A stretch of DNA of 64,000 nt from Myxococcota bacterium (GCA_965223705.1 OZ245015.1:3584001-3648000); one strand, 5' to 3'; shown: positions 19,932 to 30,873, counted from the first letter of the stretch. Numbers and translations are program-made. Notes: a model not told the origin generated them from the letters alone.

Positions 19932-22255
19932 GCACCCGTCGGTGACGGCTGCCGGCTCCGTCGGTCGATCCGCATCAGCAGCACCGGCAGCAGCAGGAAA
20001 TCTGCGAGTAGGGCCGCACCGATGGTGATGGCGACCAGGAGCCCGAAATGCGCATTCAGTTTGAAAGATGACAGGGCCAGCACGCTGAAGCCCACGATCA
20101 GGATCATGAACGTGATCCACAGCGCACCTCCCACCGTCGACAGTGCGTAGCGAACAGCGTCCTCCGGGGTGGAGTTCTGCTCGCGGCGAGCGCGGAGGTA
20201 CTTGCTCAAGAAATGAACCGTCGCGTCGACGATGATCCCGAGACTCGCCGCGACCACGGTCGCGACGTTCATCCCGACCTCGCGCACGATGACGGCCCAG
20301 ACGCCGAAGGCGATCAGCGTCGGAACGATGTTCGGGACGAGACTGAGAAGCCCTAGGCGGAGACTTCGGAGCGACAGGATCAGAATGAGGGCGATCAGAA
20401 GAAACGCCATGAGCGTTCCGCCGGTCATGCTCTTGATGTTCTGAAGAGAGAGCTTCGAGAACATCAACACAGGCCCGGCGGCTTCGGTGTGCATGACGCC
20501 GGGGAGCTCGTTGCGGAGCCAGGTCTCGGATCGCTCCTCGATCGCGCGCAGGTCCCTCGAGCCCACTCTCTTGATCGTCGCGGTGACCTTGGTGGCGGAT
20601 TTCGGCACATCGACCTGGTTGTTGATGTCGAGTCCGTAGGGGAGAGACATCTCATAGAGGAGGAGGTACTGCCCGGCGAGGTCGCGGTGCTCCGGGAGCC
20701 GATAGAAGCTCGCGTCGTCATCGTGGAGGTTCTTGTTGAGACGCTTCATCGTGTCCGAGAGCGTGCTGACGTGATCGACTTCGGGCTGCTCGCGTAGCCA
20801 GGCGGTGAATCGGTCGAGCCGGGCCAGGTAGGCCGGATCGTTGATCCCCTGCTCTTCTCCGGCGCGGAGGGAGAAGTGCATCTGATAGATGCCAGTAAGG
20901 CGATCGCTGGTGAAATCCGTGTCCTGTCGGAACTTCATGGAGCGATCGAAGTAGCCGACGAAGAGGTCGTTGAGCTCGATTCTCGGGATCAGGGCGCAGC
21001 AAACGAGCAGCACGGCCACGCTCGTCCACAGAACGCTCACCCGTCGCGCGATGAGCCACTCGACGAAGCGCTCCATGGAAAACCCGCCGATGACGCGGGC
21101 TGGGCGGACCCGGTAGGGGACGATCGCGACAAAGGCCGGCAGCGCCGTCACGGAAAAGAACCAGGCGGCGGCAACGCCGAGTGCAGTGATGTTTCCGAGA
21201 TCGTTCAGCGATCGGACACTGCTCGAGTTCAAGCTGAGAAACCCGACGATCGTCGTAAGGCTCGTCAGGAACACCGGCTGCCAGTTGACGCGCAGGCTCT
21301 CCACCAGTGCCTCGTGCTTCCCCCGCCCGCCCCGCATTTGCTGGGTCAGCGTGACCAGGATGTGCACACCGTCCGCGACCGCGATGGTCATGATGATCGT
21401 CGGCGCTGCGGAGGAGAGTGCCGTGATCGGGATCCCGGCCCACGCGGCCAGGCCGAGACCAGCGGCGGTTGCGAGAAGGATGACGAGGATCGTGCCCAAG
21501 GTGCCCCACACCGAGCGGAGAAACAGCAGCATGGCAATGACGAGTGCGAGGAACATCAAGGGAACGAGGGTCGCAAGGTCTTCGGCAGCCGAGACTTCGA
21601 AGGCGTCCGACAACATGACCAACCCGGTCAACGCCACGCGCAGATCGGGGTGACGCTCGCGGACCGCACTTGCGATTTCCCTGGCCCGGGCGCCGACGAA
21701 GACCTCGCCCCCTTCATCCGGCAGCTGGATGGTGACGTTGACGGCCGTGGCCCGCGCATCTCTCGCGACGAGGCTCCCGACGAGAAGCGGCTCCGACAAC
21801 GCGATGTCGCGCACCCGCCCGAGGTCTTCGGCTCCGAGCGCCGCCGCGTCCTCCACCAGGTCCTCGACGATCAGCTCATCGCCTTCGGACCAGGTGTGCT
21901 GGAAGTTCGTCAGGGAGTCGACCCGAATCGAGTAAGGCAACTGCCAACTCTCTTCGGTGAGCCATGCGACCGCTTGCAAGACCTCTTTCTGAAACACGTC
22001 GCCGCGGTCCGGCGCGAGCACGAAGAGGACGTTGTCCGTCTTCGTGTAGGTGTTCTCGATGTCGATCATCGCCTCGAGCTGCGCGTCGCCGGGGCTGAAG
22101 TGGTACTTGTAGGACGCGATCATCGTCAGGTGACGCGCGCCTGCGATCGCAACCGCGGCCAGGATCAGTGAGGCGAGCAGTACCAGCCAACGCCATCGGA
22201 CGAGAGCCCGGGCATACGCGACGACGACTCGGTCGCTTCGCGACGGTTCAGCCAT
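19928..22255 (-). CDS. MMPL/RND family transporter
   Basis: Two repeats with IAVADGVH and GIIVDATVH; many TM segments. Confidence 0.9.
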   Translation of the reverse strand: MAEPSRSDRVVVAYARALVRWRWLVLLASLILAAVAIAGARHLTMIASYKYHFSPGDAQLEAMIDIENTYTKTDNVLFVLAPDRGDVFQKEVLQAVAWLTEESWQLPYSIRVDSLTNFQHTWSEGDELIVEDLVEDAAALGAEDLGRVRDIALSEPLLVGSLVARDARATAVNVTIQLPDEGGEVFVGARAREIASAVRERHPDLRVALTGLVMLSDAFEVSAAEDLATLVPLMFLALVIAMLLFLRSVWGTLGTILVILLATAAGLGLAAWAGIPITALSSAAPTIIMTIAVADGVHILVTLTQQMRGGRGKHEALVESLRVNWQPVFLTSLTTIVGFLSLNSSSVRSLNDLGNITALGVAAAWFFSVTALPAFVAIVPYRVRPARVIGGFSMERFVEWLIARRVSVLWTSVAVLLVCCALIPRIELNDLFVGYFDRSMKFRQDTDFTSDRLTGIYQMHFSLRAGEEQGINDPAYLARLDRFTAWLREQPEVDHVSTLSDTMKRLNKNLHDDDASFYRLPEHRDLAGQYLLLYEMSLPYGLDINNQVDVPKSATKVTATIKRVGSRDLRAIEERSETWLRNELPGVMHTEAAGPVLMFSKLSLQNIKSMTGGTLMAFLLIALILILSLRSLRLGLLSLVPNIVPTLIAFGVWAVIVREVGMNVATVVAASLGIIVDATVHFLSKYLRARREQNSTPEDAVRYALSTVGGALWITFMILIVGFSVLALSSFKLNAHFGLLVAITIGAALLADFLLLPVLLMRIDRRSRQPSPTGA

Positions 22256-22258
22256 GAA

Positions 22259-23347
22259 TCACTCGCAGGCCGGCGCACCGTCGGACGCGCGCCGCGGATG
22301 AAGCCTGCCGTCGAGTCCAGCGGCGAGTTCGCGCGCCGTCCAGCCGAGCTTGCCGTGCTTGAGAATTCCGTGACGAACAATGGCCTCATCCTCGAACTCG
22401 CGAACACCTTCCATGTTGAACCAGATGCGAAGGAGCAGCCGCGTCTCCTCCTCACTTCGGGCGGGGGTGTGTGGAGCGCGACCGTGAAGCACCGTGTAGT
22501 TGTTGGCAAACTGGATATCCCCGGGACCGAAGTCGAACTCGACACAGGTCTCGTGGTTGATCGCGTCGACTTCGTCGAGCAGCACGCGATCGGCGTCGCG
22601 GAGACACTCGCCGCGACGTTCCAGGGCCTTGACCATCCAGTTCCGGTTGTACCGACACGACACCTGACCGTTCTTCTCGCTGAACATTGGCACCCGGTAG
22701 TCGGTGGTCGGGGACTCGGCCGGATCGTGTTCGTTCTGTCGGTCCCAAACAAACCCCTCATAGAGACGGGCGAGGCCCGCGGGGTTGCGTTCGGCCAATC
22801 GGTTGTGAAGGGTCGCCGCACTCGACAAGCGACTGCGCGGCGAATCGGCCGCTTGTCGCACGCAGAGGAGAGAGACGACGTCAGCGAGATCGACGTGCAG
22901 CGAGACGAGCCCCGGGTCGCCCACTCCGCGCGTACCCTGGTTCGGACGCAGTCTTCCCTCGGTCACGTAGTGGATCAGGGTGGCGTCGCTGTTTTGCGTC
23001 ACGCCCGTACCCAGATGGGAGCAGAAGCCCCAATAGAGCTTCTCGAGTTCCTCTCGGCTGAGGCCCTCGATCGGGAAACCCCGCAGGAGAACAAAACCGC
23101 GACCGGTACGCAGAGCTCTCGCGATCTCAGCGAACAGCGGCTGGCAGTTCGGCAGCGGAAACACGTCGCGCTCGATCTCGAGCAGTGACAGTCCGCTCTC
23201 ACACGCGCACTCGAGCGTGCGCCGAAGTTCGTTGCGCTGTGCATCTTCGAGTGTGATAGCCCAAGACGGATCGTCGCGTAGGCTCTCCCCGGTCCACGCA
23301 CTCGGGCCTTCGATGGGAGCGAATCGTTCTCTGGTTTTGGGCGACAC
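22259..23347 (-). CDS. TauD/TfdA family Fe(II)/2-oxoglutarate dioxygenase
   Basis: GRGFVLLRG, HVD, NNYTVLHGR, RLLLRIW. Confidence 0.88.
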   Translation of the reverse strand: MSPKTRERFAPIEGPSAWTGESLRDDPSWAITLEDAQRNELRRTLECACESGLSLLEIERDVFPLPNCQPLFAEIARALRTGRGFVLLRGFPIEGLSREELEKLYWGFCSHLGTGVTQNSDATLIHYVTEGRLRPNQGTRGVGDPGLVSLHVDLADVVSLLCVRQAADSPRSRLSSAATLHNRLAERNPAGLARLYEGFVWDRQNEHDPAESPTTDYRVPMFSEKNGQVSCRYNRNWMVKALERRGECLRDADRVLLDEVDAINHETCVEFDFGPGDIQFANNYTVLHGRAPHTPARSEEETRLLLRIWFNMEGVREFEDEAIVRHGILKHGKLGWTARELAAGLDGRLHPRRASDGAPACE

Positions 23348-23422
23348 GGTTTGGCCTCCGGCCTGGGCTAAGGTACCGAGTGGAAATCAAGCTCACACTT
23401 CTGTTGGAGGAGAATCCAAACG

Positions 23423-23803
23423 ATGGGCAACACCGACACGGTTCGCGAGTTTATCCGCAGGTGGGAAGCCCGCGACGTCGACGGCATCCTGGCGATGTTC
23501 AGCGACGCGCCCTTCTACCACAACATCCCGATGGAACCGCTCACGAGCCAAGAGAGCATCCGAAAGTTCATCGAGCCTTTCCTCGGCCCGGTGACGGCGG
23601 TGGAGTGGGAAGTCAAATTCATCGCTGAAGACGCTGACGGCGTCGTCCTGACCGAGCGGGTCGATACCTTTGCCTTCGGCGACAAGAAGATCTCGCTGCC
23701 GGTGATGGGCACCTTCGAACTCGCCGACGGAAAGATCGCTAGATGGCGCGACTACTTCGATCTCGCGGAGTTCGAGCGACAGATGGCGGCTATTCAAAGC
23801 TGA
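23423..23803 (+). CDS. Limonene-1,2-epoxide hydrolase family protein
   Basis: YHNIPM, TERVD and WRDYFD catalytic residues. Confidence 0.9.
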   Translation: MGNTDTVREFIRRWEARDVDGILAMFSDAPFYHNIPMEPLTSQESIRKFIEPFLGPVTAVEWEVKFIAEDADGVVLTERVDTFAFGDKKISLPVMGTFELADGKIARWRDYFDLAEFERQMAAIQS

Positions 23804-23812
23804 CGGGCGCGC

Positions 23813-25636
23813 CTACTCGATGGTGAGCCCCTCGAAACGCCCCTTCTCGCGCCAGTCGGCGAGCATCTCGTAGAAAGCGATCACGCCGTCGGGGTAGGAG
23901 GTTTCGAGGAACCCGTTGCCGTCGCTCTTGCCCTCGGCGTTGTAGTACCCGGGCGTGCACTTGGCTTGGTAGTCGCGCATGAAGCTCGGTCCGGTGACGA
24001 GCTTCACCCAGGCTTCTTCGGCCTCGGGGGTGGGCTCGGCCGTCTTCGCACCCTGTCCGTTCATCTGATCGATGATGTGCGCGATGTGCTGGGCTTGACC
24101 GTCCAACATGAAGGTGAAGTTCGGCGCGAGCCCCGTCTGCGTGAGCCCCATGTGGAAGAGGTTCGGAAAACCGACGCTCAAGAAGCCGTGGAACGTACGC
24201 ATCCCGTCGTCGGCCCAGGCTTCTGTCAGTGAGCGACCTTCGCGACCGAAGACCTCGAACTCAGCGCGGCGGGTGTAGGCCGTACCGACCTCGAAACCGG
24301 TGGCGAAGATCAAGCAATCCACCTCGTACTCGGTTCCGTCGACGACCACCCCGGTCTTGGTGACACGCTCGACACCCTGGCCCTGGGTATCCACCAACGT
24401 CACGTTGGGCCGATTGAAGGTCGGTAGGTACTCGTCGTTGAAGGTCGGGCGCTTGCACCACTGGCCGTACCAGGCCTTCAGGTTCTCGGCGGTCTGCGAA
24501 TCGCTTACGGTATTGGATACGCGGTCGCGTACCTCATTCATCTTCTGGAAGTCCGCGATCTCCGAAAGCGCCGCTACCTCCTCATCGGAAAGATCCGAGT
24601 CGTCGGCGCTCGACATGAGCTTCGACAGGTTCTTGAAGAGACCGGTCCAGCGATCGTTCACGAGGTCTTCCTCGACGGGCACGCCGGCCAGGATCGAGCA
24701 GAAGTTGACGCTGCGTCGGTGCTGCCAACCGGGCTCGAGGCTTTCGGCCCATTCGGGGTCTGTCGGCATGTTGCCCCGCTCGTCCACGGACGAAGGCGTG
24801 CGCTGAAATACGAAGAGCTGCTTCGCATGGGCACCGAGATGCGACACGGCTTGAATTGCCGTGGCCCCGGTTCCGATGATGCCCACGCGCTTGTCGGCGA
24901 GCTTTGTGAGCCCCCCCGTCGAATCCCCGCCCGTGTACGCGTAGTCCCAGCGGCTGGTGTGAAACGTGTGCCCTTCGAAGTTCTCGATCCCCGGAATCGC
25001 CGGCAGCTTCGGCTTGTTGAGCGGGCCACTCGCCATCAAGACGAAGCGCGCTCTGAACGTATCGCCACGATCGGTGGTGATGACCCAGCGTGAGGTGGCC
25101 TCGTTCCAACGGGCTTCTTTCACCTGGGTCTGGAAGCACGCCTTCTCGTAGAGGTTGAAGTGCCGTCCGATGCGCTGCGCGTGCGCGAGGATCTCCGGAC
25201 CGAAGGAATACTTCTCCTTGGGGATGTATCCGGTTTCCTCGAGAAGCGGCAGGTACACATAGGACTCGATATCGCACTGGGCGCCGGGGTAGCGGTTCCA
25301 GTACCACGTGCCCCCGAAATCGCCGGCCTTCTCGAGAATGCGCAAATTGTCGATCCCCACGCGCTGGAGCCGCGCCGCGGCCAAAAGCCCGCCGAAACCG
25401 CCGCCGATCACCAACGCATCGAGTTCCTCGTCGATGGCCTGACGGGTGAAGCCCGGTTCGACATACGGATCTTCGTTGTAGTGCGCGTTCTCCCCGACCA
25501 TTTCCCGGTATTGATCGTTTCCGTCGACGCGGATGCGCCGGTCGCGCTCCATCGCGTAGCGCTGACGGAGCTCCTGCGGATCGAATCCCAGTTCTTCGGG
25601 GGTGGGGATCGGGCTGTTGTGGAGTTGCGCTGTCAT
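23813..25636 (-). CDS. Baeyer-Villiger monooxygenase (CPDMO/PtlE-like)
   Basis: GGGFGG, GGTWYWNRYPG, FEGHTFHTSRWD, CKRP, CTPGYYN. Confidence 0.92.
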   Translation of the reverse strand: MTAQLHNSPIPTPEELGFDPQELRQRYAMERDRRIRVDGNDQYREMVGENAHYNEDPYVEPGFTRQAIDEELDALVIGGGFGGLLAAARLQRVGIDNLRILEKAGDFGGTWYWNRYPGAQCDIESYVYLPLLEETGYIPKEKYSFGPEILAHAQRIGRHFNLYEKACFQTQVKEARWNEATSRWVITTDRGDTFRARFVLMASGPLNKPKLPAIPGIENFEGHTFHTSRWDYAYTGGDSTGGLTKLADKRVGIIGTGATAIQAVSHLGAHAKQLFVFQRTPSSVDERGNMPTDPEWAESLEPGWQHRRSVNFCSILAGVPVEEDLVNDRWTGLFKNLSKLMSSADDSDLSDEEVAALSEIADFQKMNEVRDRVSNTVSDSQTAENLKAWYGQWCKRPTFNDEYLPTFNRPNVTLVDTQGQGVERVTKTGVVVDGTEYEVDCLIFATGFEVGTAYTRRAEFEVFGREGRSLTEAWADDGMRTFHGFLSVGFPNLFHMGLTQTGLAPNFTFMLDGQAQHIAHIIDQMNGQGAKTAEPTPEAEEAWVKLVTGPSFMRDYQAKCTPGYYNAEGKSDGNGFLETSYPDGVIAFYEMLADWREKGRFEGLTIE

Positions 25637-25750
25637 GGGGGTACTTCCTGATGATCGGCTCGGGTGGCCTCGGGCGTAGAATTATACACGAGCGTGAGCG
25701 GAGAATTTTGGTGGCATCGCGGGGTGTATATTGTGGCAGAAGGAGACGCC

Positions 25751-26920
25751 ATGCCGCTTCAGCAGTCCGACCCCAAGGATCTGGGCCTCGATGCCAGTCG
25801 GCTCGCCCAGGTCGAAAACGCCATCGCTCGAGACATTGAAAGCGAACGCTACGACGGAGCCGCCCTCGCCGTTGGACGCCATGGTTCGCTGGCTCTCTAT
25901 TCAGTGCAGGGCTTTGCCGAACGTGCATCGGGGCGCATGCTGAAGGAAGACGACGTTTTCGTCACCTTCTCCTCCGGCAAGCAGTTCACCACCTGTGCCG
26001 TCTTGCGCTTCGTCGAGCGCGGTCTCCTGCAGCTTCACCAACCCGTGGCCGACGTCATCCCCGAGTTCGCCGTCTGTGGCAAGGGCACGATCTCACTCCA
26101 CCAACTGCTCACGCACACGAGCGGCATTCCGCCCTATCCGCCTCCCCTCCCGCCCGAGGACTCGATGCGCCTCGACAAGGTCGTCGCCGCCGTGTGCGGC
26201 ATGGCACCCGAGACACTCCCCGGGAAGGCGGTGAAGTATTCCGTGCTGACGGCACACGCCGTGATGGCGGAGATGATGCGCCGGGTCGACGGAGGGTCGC
26301 GAAGCTTCGGCGAGATCGTCGCGGCCGAGATCTTCGAACCGCTCGGCATGAGCGAAACCTCGCTCGGCGTGCCGAACACGCTTGCCGAGCGACGCTGCCC
26401 GGTCGTGGTGCGCGACCGATCTCCGGGCCTACTCCCTCCGGAGCTCGTCGAGAGCCTCGGCAACGCGTTGGATGCGTCGAGCGAGATCCCCGCCGGCGGC
26501 TACGTCACGACCCTGCGCGACTTTGCGCGTTTCGCCGAGGCACTCCGGGCCGGCGGTGAGATCGACGGCGTGCGTTGGCTCTCCCCGGTGACCCTCGACC
26601 TCGCGACGCGCAACTACACGGGGCGGATGCCCAACGACCTGTGGAACTACGCCGTCGAAGCCCGTGGCTGGCCCGTCTTCCCGGCCTATCTCGGGCTGGG
26701 CTTCTTCCTGCGCGGCAAAGGCACGCACCCCACCCCCTTCGGTTCCCTGGCAACGCCGCGCACCTTCGGCGGGGTCGGCGCGGGATCGACAACCTTCTTC
26801 GTCGATCCAGAGCGCGACCTCTTCTACGCCTTCCTGTCGACGGGGCTCCTCGAGGAGAGCCGATCGACAGAACGGCACCAGCAACTGGCCGACATGGTGC
26901 TCTCGTCGATCGTGGCCTAG
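25751..26920 (+). CDS. Serine hydrolase (beta-lactamase class C/esterase family)
   Basis: SSGK (SxxK), LLTHTSG, KYS; AGGAG RBS before ATG 25751. Confidence 0.88.
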   Translation: MPLQQSDPKDLGLDASRLAQVENAIARDIESERYDGAALAVGRHGSLALYSVQGFAERASGRMLKEDDVFVTFSSGKQFTTCAVLRFVERGLLQLHQPVADVIPEFAVCGKGTISLHQLLTHTSGIPPYPPPLPPEDSMRLDKVVAAVCGMAPETLPGKAVKYSVLTAHAVMAEMMRRVDGGSRSFGEIVAAEIFEPLGMSETSLGVPNTLAERRCPVVVRDRSPGLLPPELVESLGNALDASSEIPAGGYVTTLRDFARFAEALRAGGEIDGVRWLSPVTLDLATRNYTGRMPNDLWNYAVEARGWPVFPAYLGLGFFLRGKGTHPTPFGSLATPRTFGGVGAGSTTFFVDPERDLFYAFLSTGLLEESRSTERHQQLADMVLSSIVA

Positions 26921-26965
26921 GACGACTCGCAACGGCAACGCGACAAAGCGCGGCTTGATTCGCGC

Positions 26966-28579
26966 CTAGCTAAACCTGAAACCTCGGTACCCATCGGCGG
27001 CGATGGCGTTCATCTCTTCCATATATCCAGCCATCCCGCCCATGTAGAACATCGAACTGCGGGGCTTGCCCGGGACATTGGTCCCGTTGATCCAGCTATC
27101 CGTCACCGCGAAGAGCGTCCCTGCCATTTGTTCCTGGCACTTCTCGACCCACGCGCGCTCGGCAGCCTCGTCCGTGTCCACGACGGCTCCCCGCCTTTCC
27201 GCTTCCATGATGAGCTCGGTGAACCAGTCGATCTGCCACTCATGCACCAGGGGCTGGCTCGTGAACGGGCCGAAAGGACCGAAGATCATGAAGAGGTTCG
27301 GAAACTGTGCGATCGACATTCCGCAGTATGCGTGCGGTCCGTCCTTCCATTTGGCTTGCAGCGTGTGCCCTTCCCGGCCAGCGGTCTGGATCTTCAGATA
27401 GTTTCCGGTTACCGCGTCAAAACCGGTCGCCAGGATCACCGCGTCGAGTTCGATTTCCCGATCCGCAGTCACGAGCCCGTTGCGGCTAAAGCCCTCGATC
27501 GGCGCCGACGCGACGTCGACCAGGGTGACATTCTCTCGGTTGAAGGTTTCGTAGTAGCCATCTGCAGCGAGCGGCCGCTTGGCGTAGTAGTCCTTGGGCG
27601 TCAGGAGCTCTGCGGTCGCGGGATCTCGCACGATGCTTTGGATCTTCTTGCGGATGAAGTCCGTCGCCGTGTCGTTTGCCTCGGGAGAGACGACGATGTC
27701 GGAAAAGGTCTCGAGCATGAAGGCGAAACCGTTGCCCTTCTGCCAGGCCTTTTCATAGACGCGCTCGAGCTCTTCGGCCGAGACGCTGAGAGCTGACACC
27801 GTGCTCTCCTTGAACCCGAACACCGCTCCGCTATCTAGGGCCCAATCTCGGAATGCGACGGGATCCTTCCGAATGCGTTGGCGTGTGTCGTCCGGAAATG
27901 GGCCCAGACCCAACGGGACACACCATTGCGGCGTGCGTTGGAAGACATAGAGGTGATCGACGCGATCCGCGAGCGCTGTGACGAGCTGAATACCGGTCGA
28001 TCCGGTGCCGACGATTCCGACACGCTTTCCGGAAAGATCCGGCTCTTCGTCTGGCCACTTCGAAGCGAGTAGGACCTTGCCTTCGAACTTCTCCTGGCCC
28101 GCGAAGCGTGGCGCGTAGGAAGACGAAAGAAGACCGACTCCTTCGATGACGTACCGGGCCGCGATGGTTTCGCCTGCCTCGGTCGTCAAGAGCCACCGGC
28201 CGTTATTTTCGCTCCACTTTGCGCTGGCAATCCGCGTGCTGAGATGGATCGACCGCTTGAGGTCGTGCTTGTCAGCGACAGCGTTCAGATACTTGAGCAC
28301 CTCAGGCTGGCGCGCGTATCGTTCCGTCCACTCCCACGTCGCGAGTAGCTCCCTGTCAAAAGAGTACGCGTACACCGAGGATTCCGTGTCCACGCGGCAT
28401 CCGGGGTAGCGGTTCCAGAACCAGGTTCCACCGACGCCCGGAGCGTCGTCAAAGCTTGCGGCGTTCATGCCGAGCTGATCTCGTACGCGCTGGAGCGCGT
28501 AGAGCCCGCCGACACCCGCCCCGATGATGGCGACGTCGAGCTTCATACCATCGACTGATTTTTTTTGTCCGACTGCCAT
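26966..28579 (-). CDS. Baeyer-Villiger monooxygenase (cyclohexanone monooxygenase-like)
   Basis: GAGVGG, GGTWFWNRYPG, GTGSTG, AKRP, SWINGTNVPGK; start moved to ATG 28579. Confidence 0.9.
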   Translation of the reverse strand: MAVGQKKSVDGMKLDVAIIGAGVGGLYALQRVRDQLGMNAASFDDAPGVGGTWFWNRYPGCRVDTESSVYAYSFDRELLATWEWTERYARQPEVLKYLNAVADKHDLKRSIHLSTRIASAKWSENNGRWLLTTEAGETIAARYVIEGVGLLSSSYAPRFAGQEKFEGKVLLASKWPDEEPDLSGKRVGIVGTGSTGIQLVTALADRVDHLYVFQRTPQWCVPLGLGPFPDDTRQRIRKDPVAFRDWALDSGAVFGFKESTVSALSVSAEELERVYEKAWQKGNGFAFMLETFSDIVVSPEANDTATDFIRKKIQSIVRDPATAELLTPKDYYAKRPLAADGYYETFNRENVTLVDVASAPIEGFSRNGLVTADREIELDAVILATGFDAVTGNYLKIQTAGREGHTLQAKWKDGPHAYCGMSIAQFPNLFMIFGPFGPFTSQPLVHEWQIDWFTELIMEAERRGAVVDTDEAAERAWVEKCQEQMAGTLFAVTDSWINGTNVPGKPRSSMFYMGGMAGYMEEMNAIAADGYRGFRFS

Positions 28580-28794
28580 GAGAAGCTCCCTGCGTCGTAC
28601 GCGTTTCGGTTGGCTCTTGTTACCTGTGCGCCGCGGAGGACGCGACCTCTCGCCCGCGCCGAGCGGGCAAGCCTCCTTGAGCAAGAAGCCGCGGATCGGC
28701 GAGCGCACCCCCTCTGGAGGATCTGGCCGTCCTCGTCACAGTTCTCTAGCGCGCAACGCGCCTGGCCTGTCCCGACCCGCACGTTGCTTGATCC

Positions 28795-29080
28795 GTCCGA
28801 CGCGGTGGCGGGTTCCTCAGCGCACGAGCGTCTCACCTGCGTACCGGAAGCGCGGGTACTTTCTGGTGCCCGGTCGAAGGTCTGCCAAAGGGTCGAGCCT
28901 CACCGCTGCGTTTTTGATGTCAGGCTCTCCTGTATAGGGGGACCTCGCAATCGGCGAAGCAGAGATTCGCCGCACTCCGCGCCCGCGACCGCTAGATCGT
29001 CTGAAAGCAGCAGCAAAACCCTGCTCTTCGCCTAAACCATCCGGCGCGTCGGCGGCTTACCCAGCGAAGGTGCGCCTTAG
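28795..29080 (+). repeat. Dispersed structured repeat family, left block (one full and one partial unit)
   Basis: GTCCGACG..GCGGGTTCCTC..CACGAGCGTCTCACCTGCGTACCGGAAGCGCGGGTACTTTC is nearly identical to 61710-61778; later segments match 62222-62557. Confidence 0.85.
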
Positions 29081-29326
29081 TTGCGCACCAGAAACGCCTG
29101 CACTTATTGGGCCCGGGTCGAGTCGACGGAGAAGTCGTGCTGCATAGCGACCACGATGACGGCGCTTCGCCTCGGATCGAAGCGATCGATGACCATGGGC
29201 CTGAAACCTCCTACTCGGTTTGGCTCGGAAACCACTCCTTGCGAAGACGAATGTCCTCCGACTCGCCCCGGCTGTTGTACCCTGTGCTCCTCGAGTGATT
29301 CTAGCCCGGAGGGATAAGGACCGGAC

Positions 29327-30109
29327 ATGCTGCCCTTACACACGGCACTGCTGCTTCTGTCGTTCGCTCTCTTCGCGTTTGCCAGCACCTCAGCCAGCGC
29401 CCTCGGGATCCGCATCAACAGCGCAACGATTGGTCACGACCACGGAGGCGTCGGAACGGTCTTCGCCGTCATCGACAGAAACTCGTTCTCCGACTTCGAC
29501 CTCGACTGTGCTTCCGCGTCGCGGTGCACGATCAAAGACTTTTGGTTCGGTGACAGCGCGACAAACTCGCACATCGGAACTGCCCCGATCCTCAGCACAA
29601 CGCGCGAGTGGCGGATGCAAGACTCAAGTGGCGCTCTAATCGATCCGAGCTTTCCCTACAGCAACGGAACCTCGGACATCGAGCTGACACTCGGCCCGGA
29701 CGGGCTTGTGACGAGCAATACGCAATACGTCGAATCGTACGCCCGAAATATCTTCGGTGCCGAAGCCATCGGTGAAGATTTCAGCTTCGCGCTCTCGACC
29801 GACGGAAGCTCGTTCCCCCGCGGCGGCCCGTCGAACAACATCGGCTGTGCGAACGCGGACCTCGGGGGCTTCTTCGACATGTCCGCCAGCGGTGCGACGA
29901 TCCCGACCGGCTCCGCGTTTACGAATGGCTTCAATTCGGGAAGCACGGGCACGCTGGTTGCCGTCGGCTGTTACTTCCGCGAAGAGGACACCTATGAGGT
30001 TCCCTTGGTCGTGACCTTGGACGTCGAGGTCATTCCCGAGCCGTCGGCAGCGCTGCTCTTCGTGGCCGGTCTCGGCGGAGTCGTTTGGTTTGGAAACCGC
30101 CGCCGCTAG
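29327..30109 (+). CDS. PEP-CTERM sorting domain protein
   Basis: Signal peptide and C-terminal IPEPSAALLFVAGLGGVVWFGNRRR. Confidence 0.9.
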   Translation: MLPLHTALLLLSFALFAFASTSASALGIRINSATIGHDHGGVGTVFAVIDRNSFSDFDLDCASASRCTIKDFWFGDSATNSHIGTAPILSTTREWRMQDSSGALIDPSFPYSNGTSDIELTLGPDGLVTSNTQYVESYARNIFGAEAIGEDFSFALSTDGSSFPRGGPSNNIGCANADLGGFFDMSASGATIPTGSAFTNGFNSGSTGTLVAVGCYFREEDTYEVPLVVTLDVEVIPEPSAALLFVAGLGGVVWFGNRRR

Positions 30110-30279
30110 TCGACCCCACGTCTTCACCGAGACCGACGATCCTCGGGGCGCTTCAGGCCGAACCGACAACCGGAGTCGATCCGCTCGATTTCTCGCGCGA
30201 CTAGGCCGTTCTCACGCGTCCCTGACGCGCGGGATCGCCTCAAGTTGGGCGTTCGAAATCTCTTGAAGTGCGCAGTCTT

Positions 30280-30546
30280 CTATGCGCCGGGTCGGAGGCG
30301 GCGCGCTCGGCTCCCGTGGGCCTTGGCGACCTGCCTGGTTTCACCGAGCCCCTCGATGCCGCCCCCGGCTTTCAGGAACTGGGGCGGTTTCATGCCGAGT
30401 CCGACGCCAGCCGGAGTGCCCGTCGAGATCACGTCTCCCGGTAGCAGTGTCATGAACTGGCTGACGTAGCTGATCAAGGTCGGCACGTTGAAGATGAGAT
30501 CCGCGGTCGTGCCGTCTTGCTTCATCTCCCCATTCACCTTCACCAC
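30280..30546 (-). pseudogene. Fumarylacetoacetate hydrolase family C-terminal fragment
   Basis: [33 protein letters not shown], with no N-terminal part. Confidence 0.8.
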
Positions 30547-30711
30547 ATTCGCAACGCATGGATGTCACCGAGCTGTGGCGAGGAAGGGACCGAGAGGGGC
30601 AAAGGTGTCGGCGCTAATGATAAATCTTTAGGCCCTGTTGTCGGACGTGAACCAATCATCGCCGCGGAAACTAGTTCTGGCCCTAAAAAACCAAATAGAT
30701 CCGATAGTTAC

Positions 30712-30740
30712 TGGTGGACGCGGCGGGGATCGAACCCGCG
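30712..30740 (-). repeat. tmRNA-like 3'-end fragment (att site 1, diverged)
   Basis: Reverse complement CGCGGGTTCGATCCCCGCCGCGTCCACCA (T-arm, acceptor strand, CCA). Confidence 0.75.
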
Positions 30741-30873
30741 TGCGATTCAATCAACTCAGGGACTTACGCCCGAAATAGGCTCCTGCGGGCCTCCTGGACA
30801 GACAACCCAAATTTGAGGTTATACGACCCAATAATTGGGTTATCCTACAGGTTCCCCGATACGGTCGGTCAAC

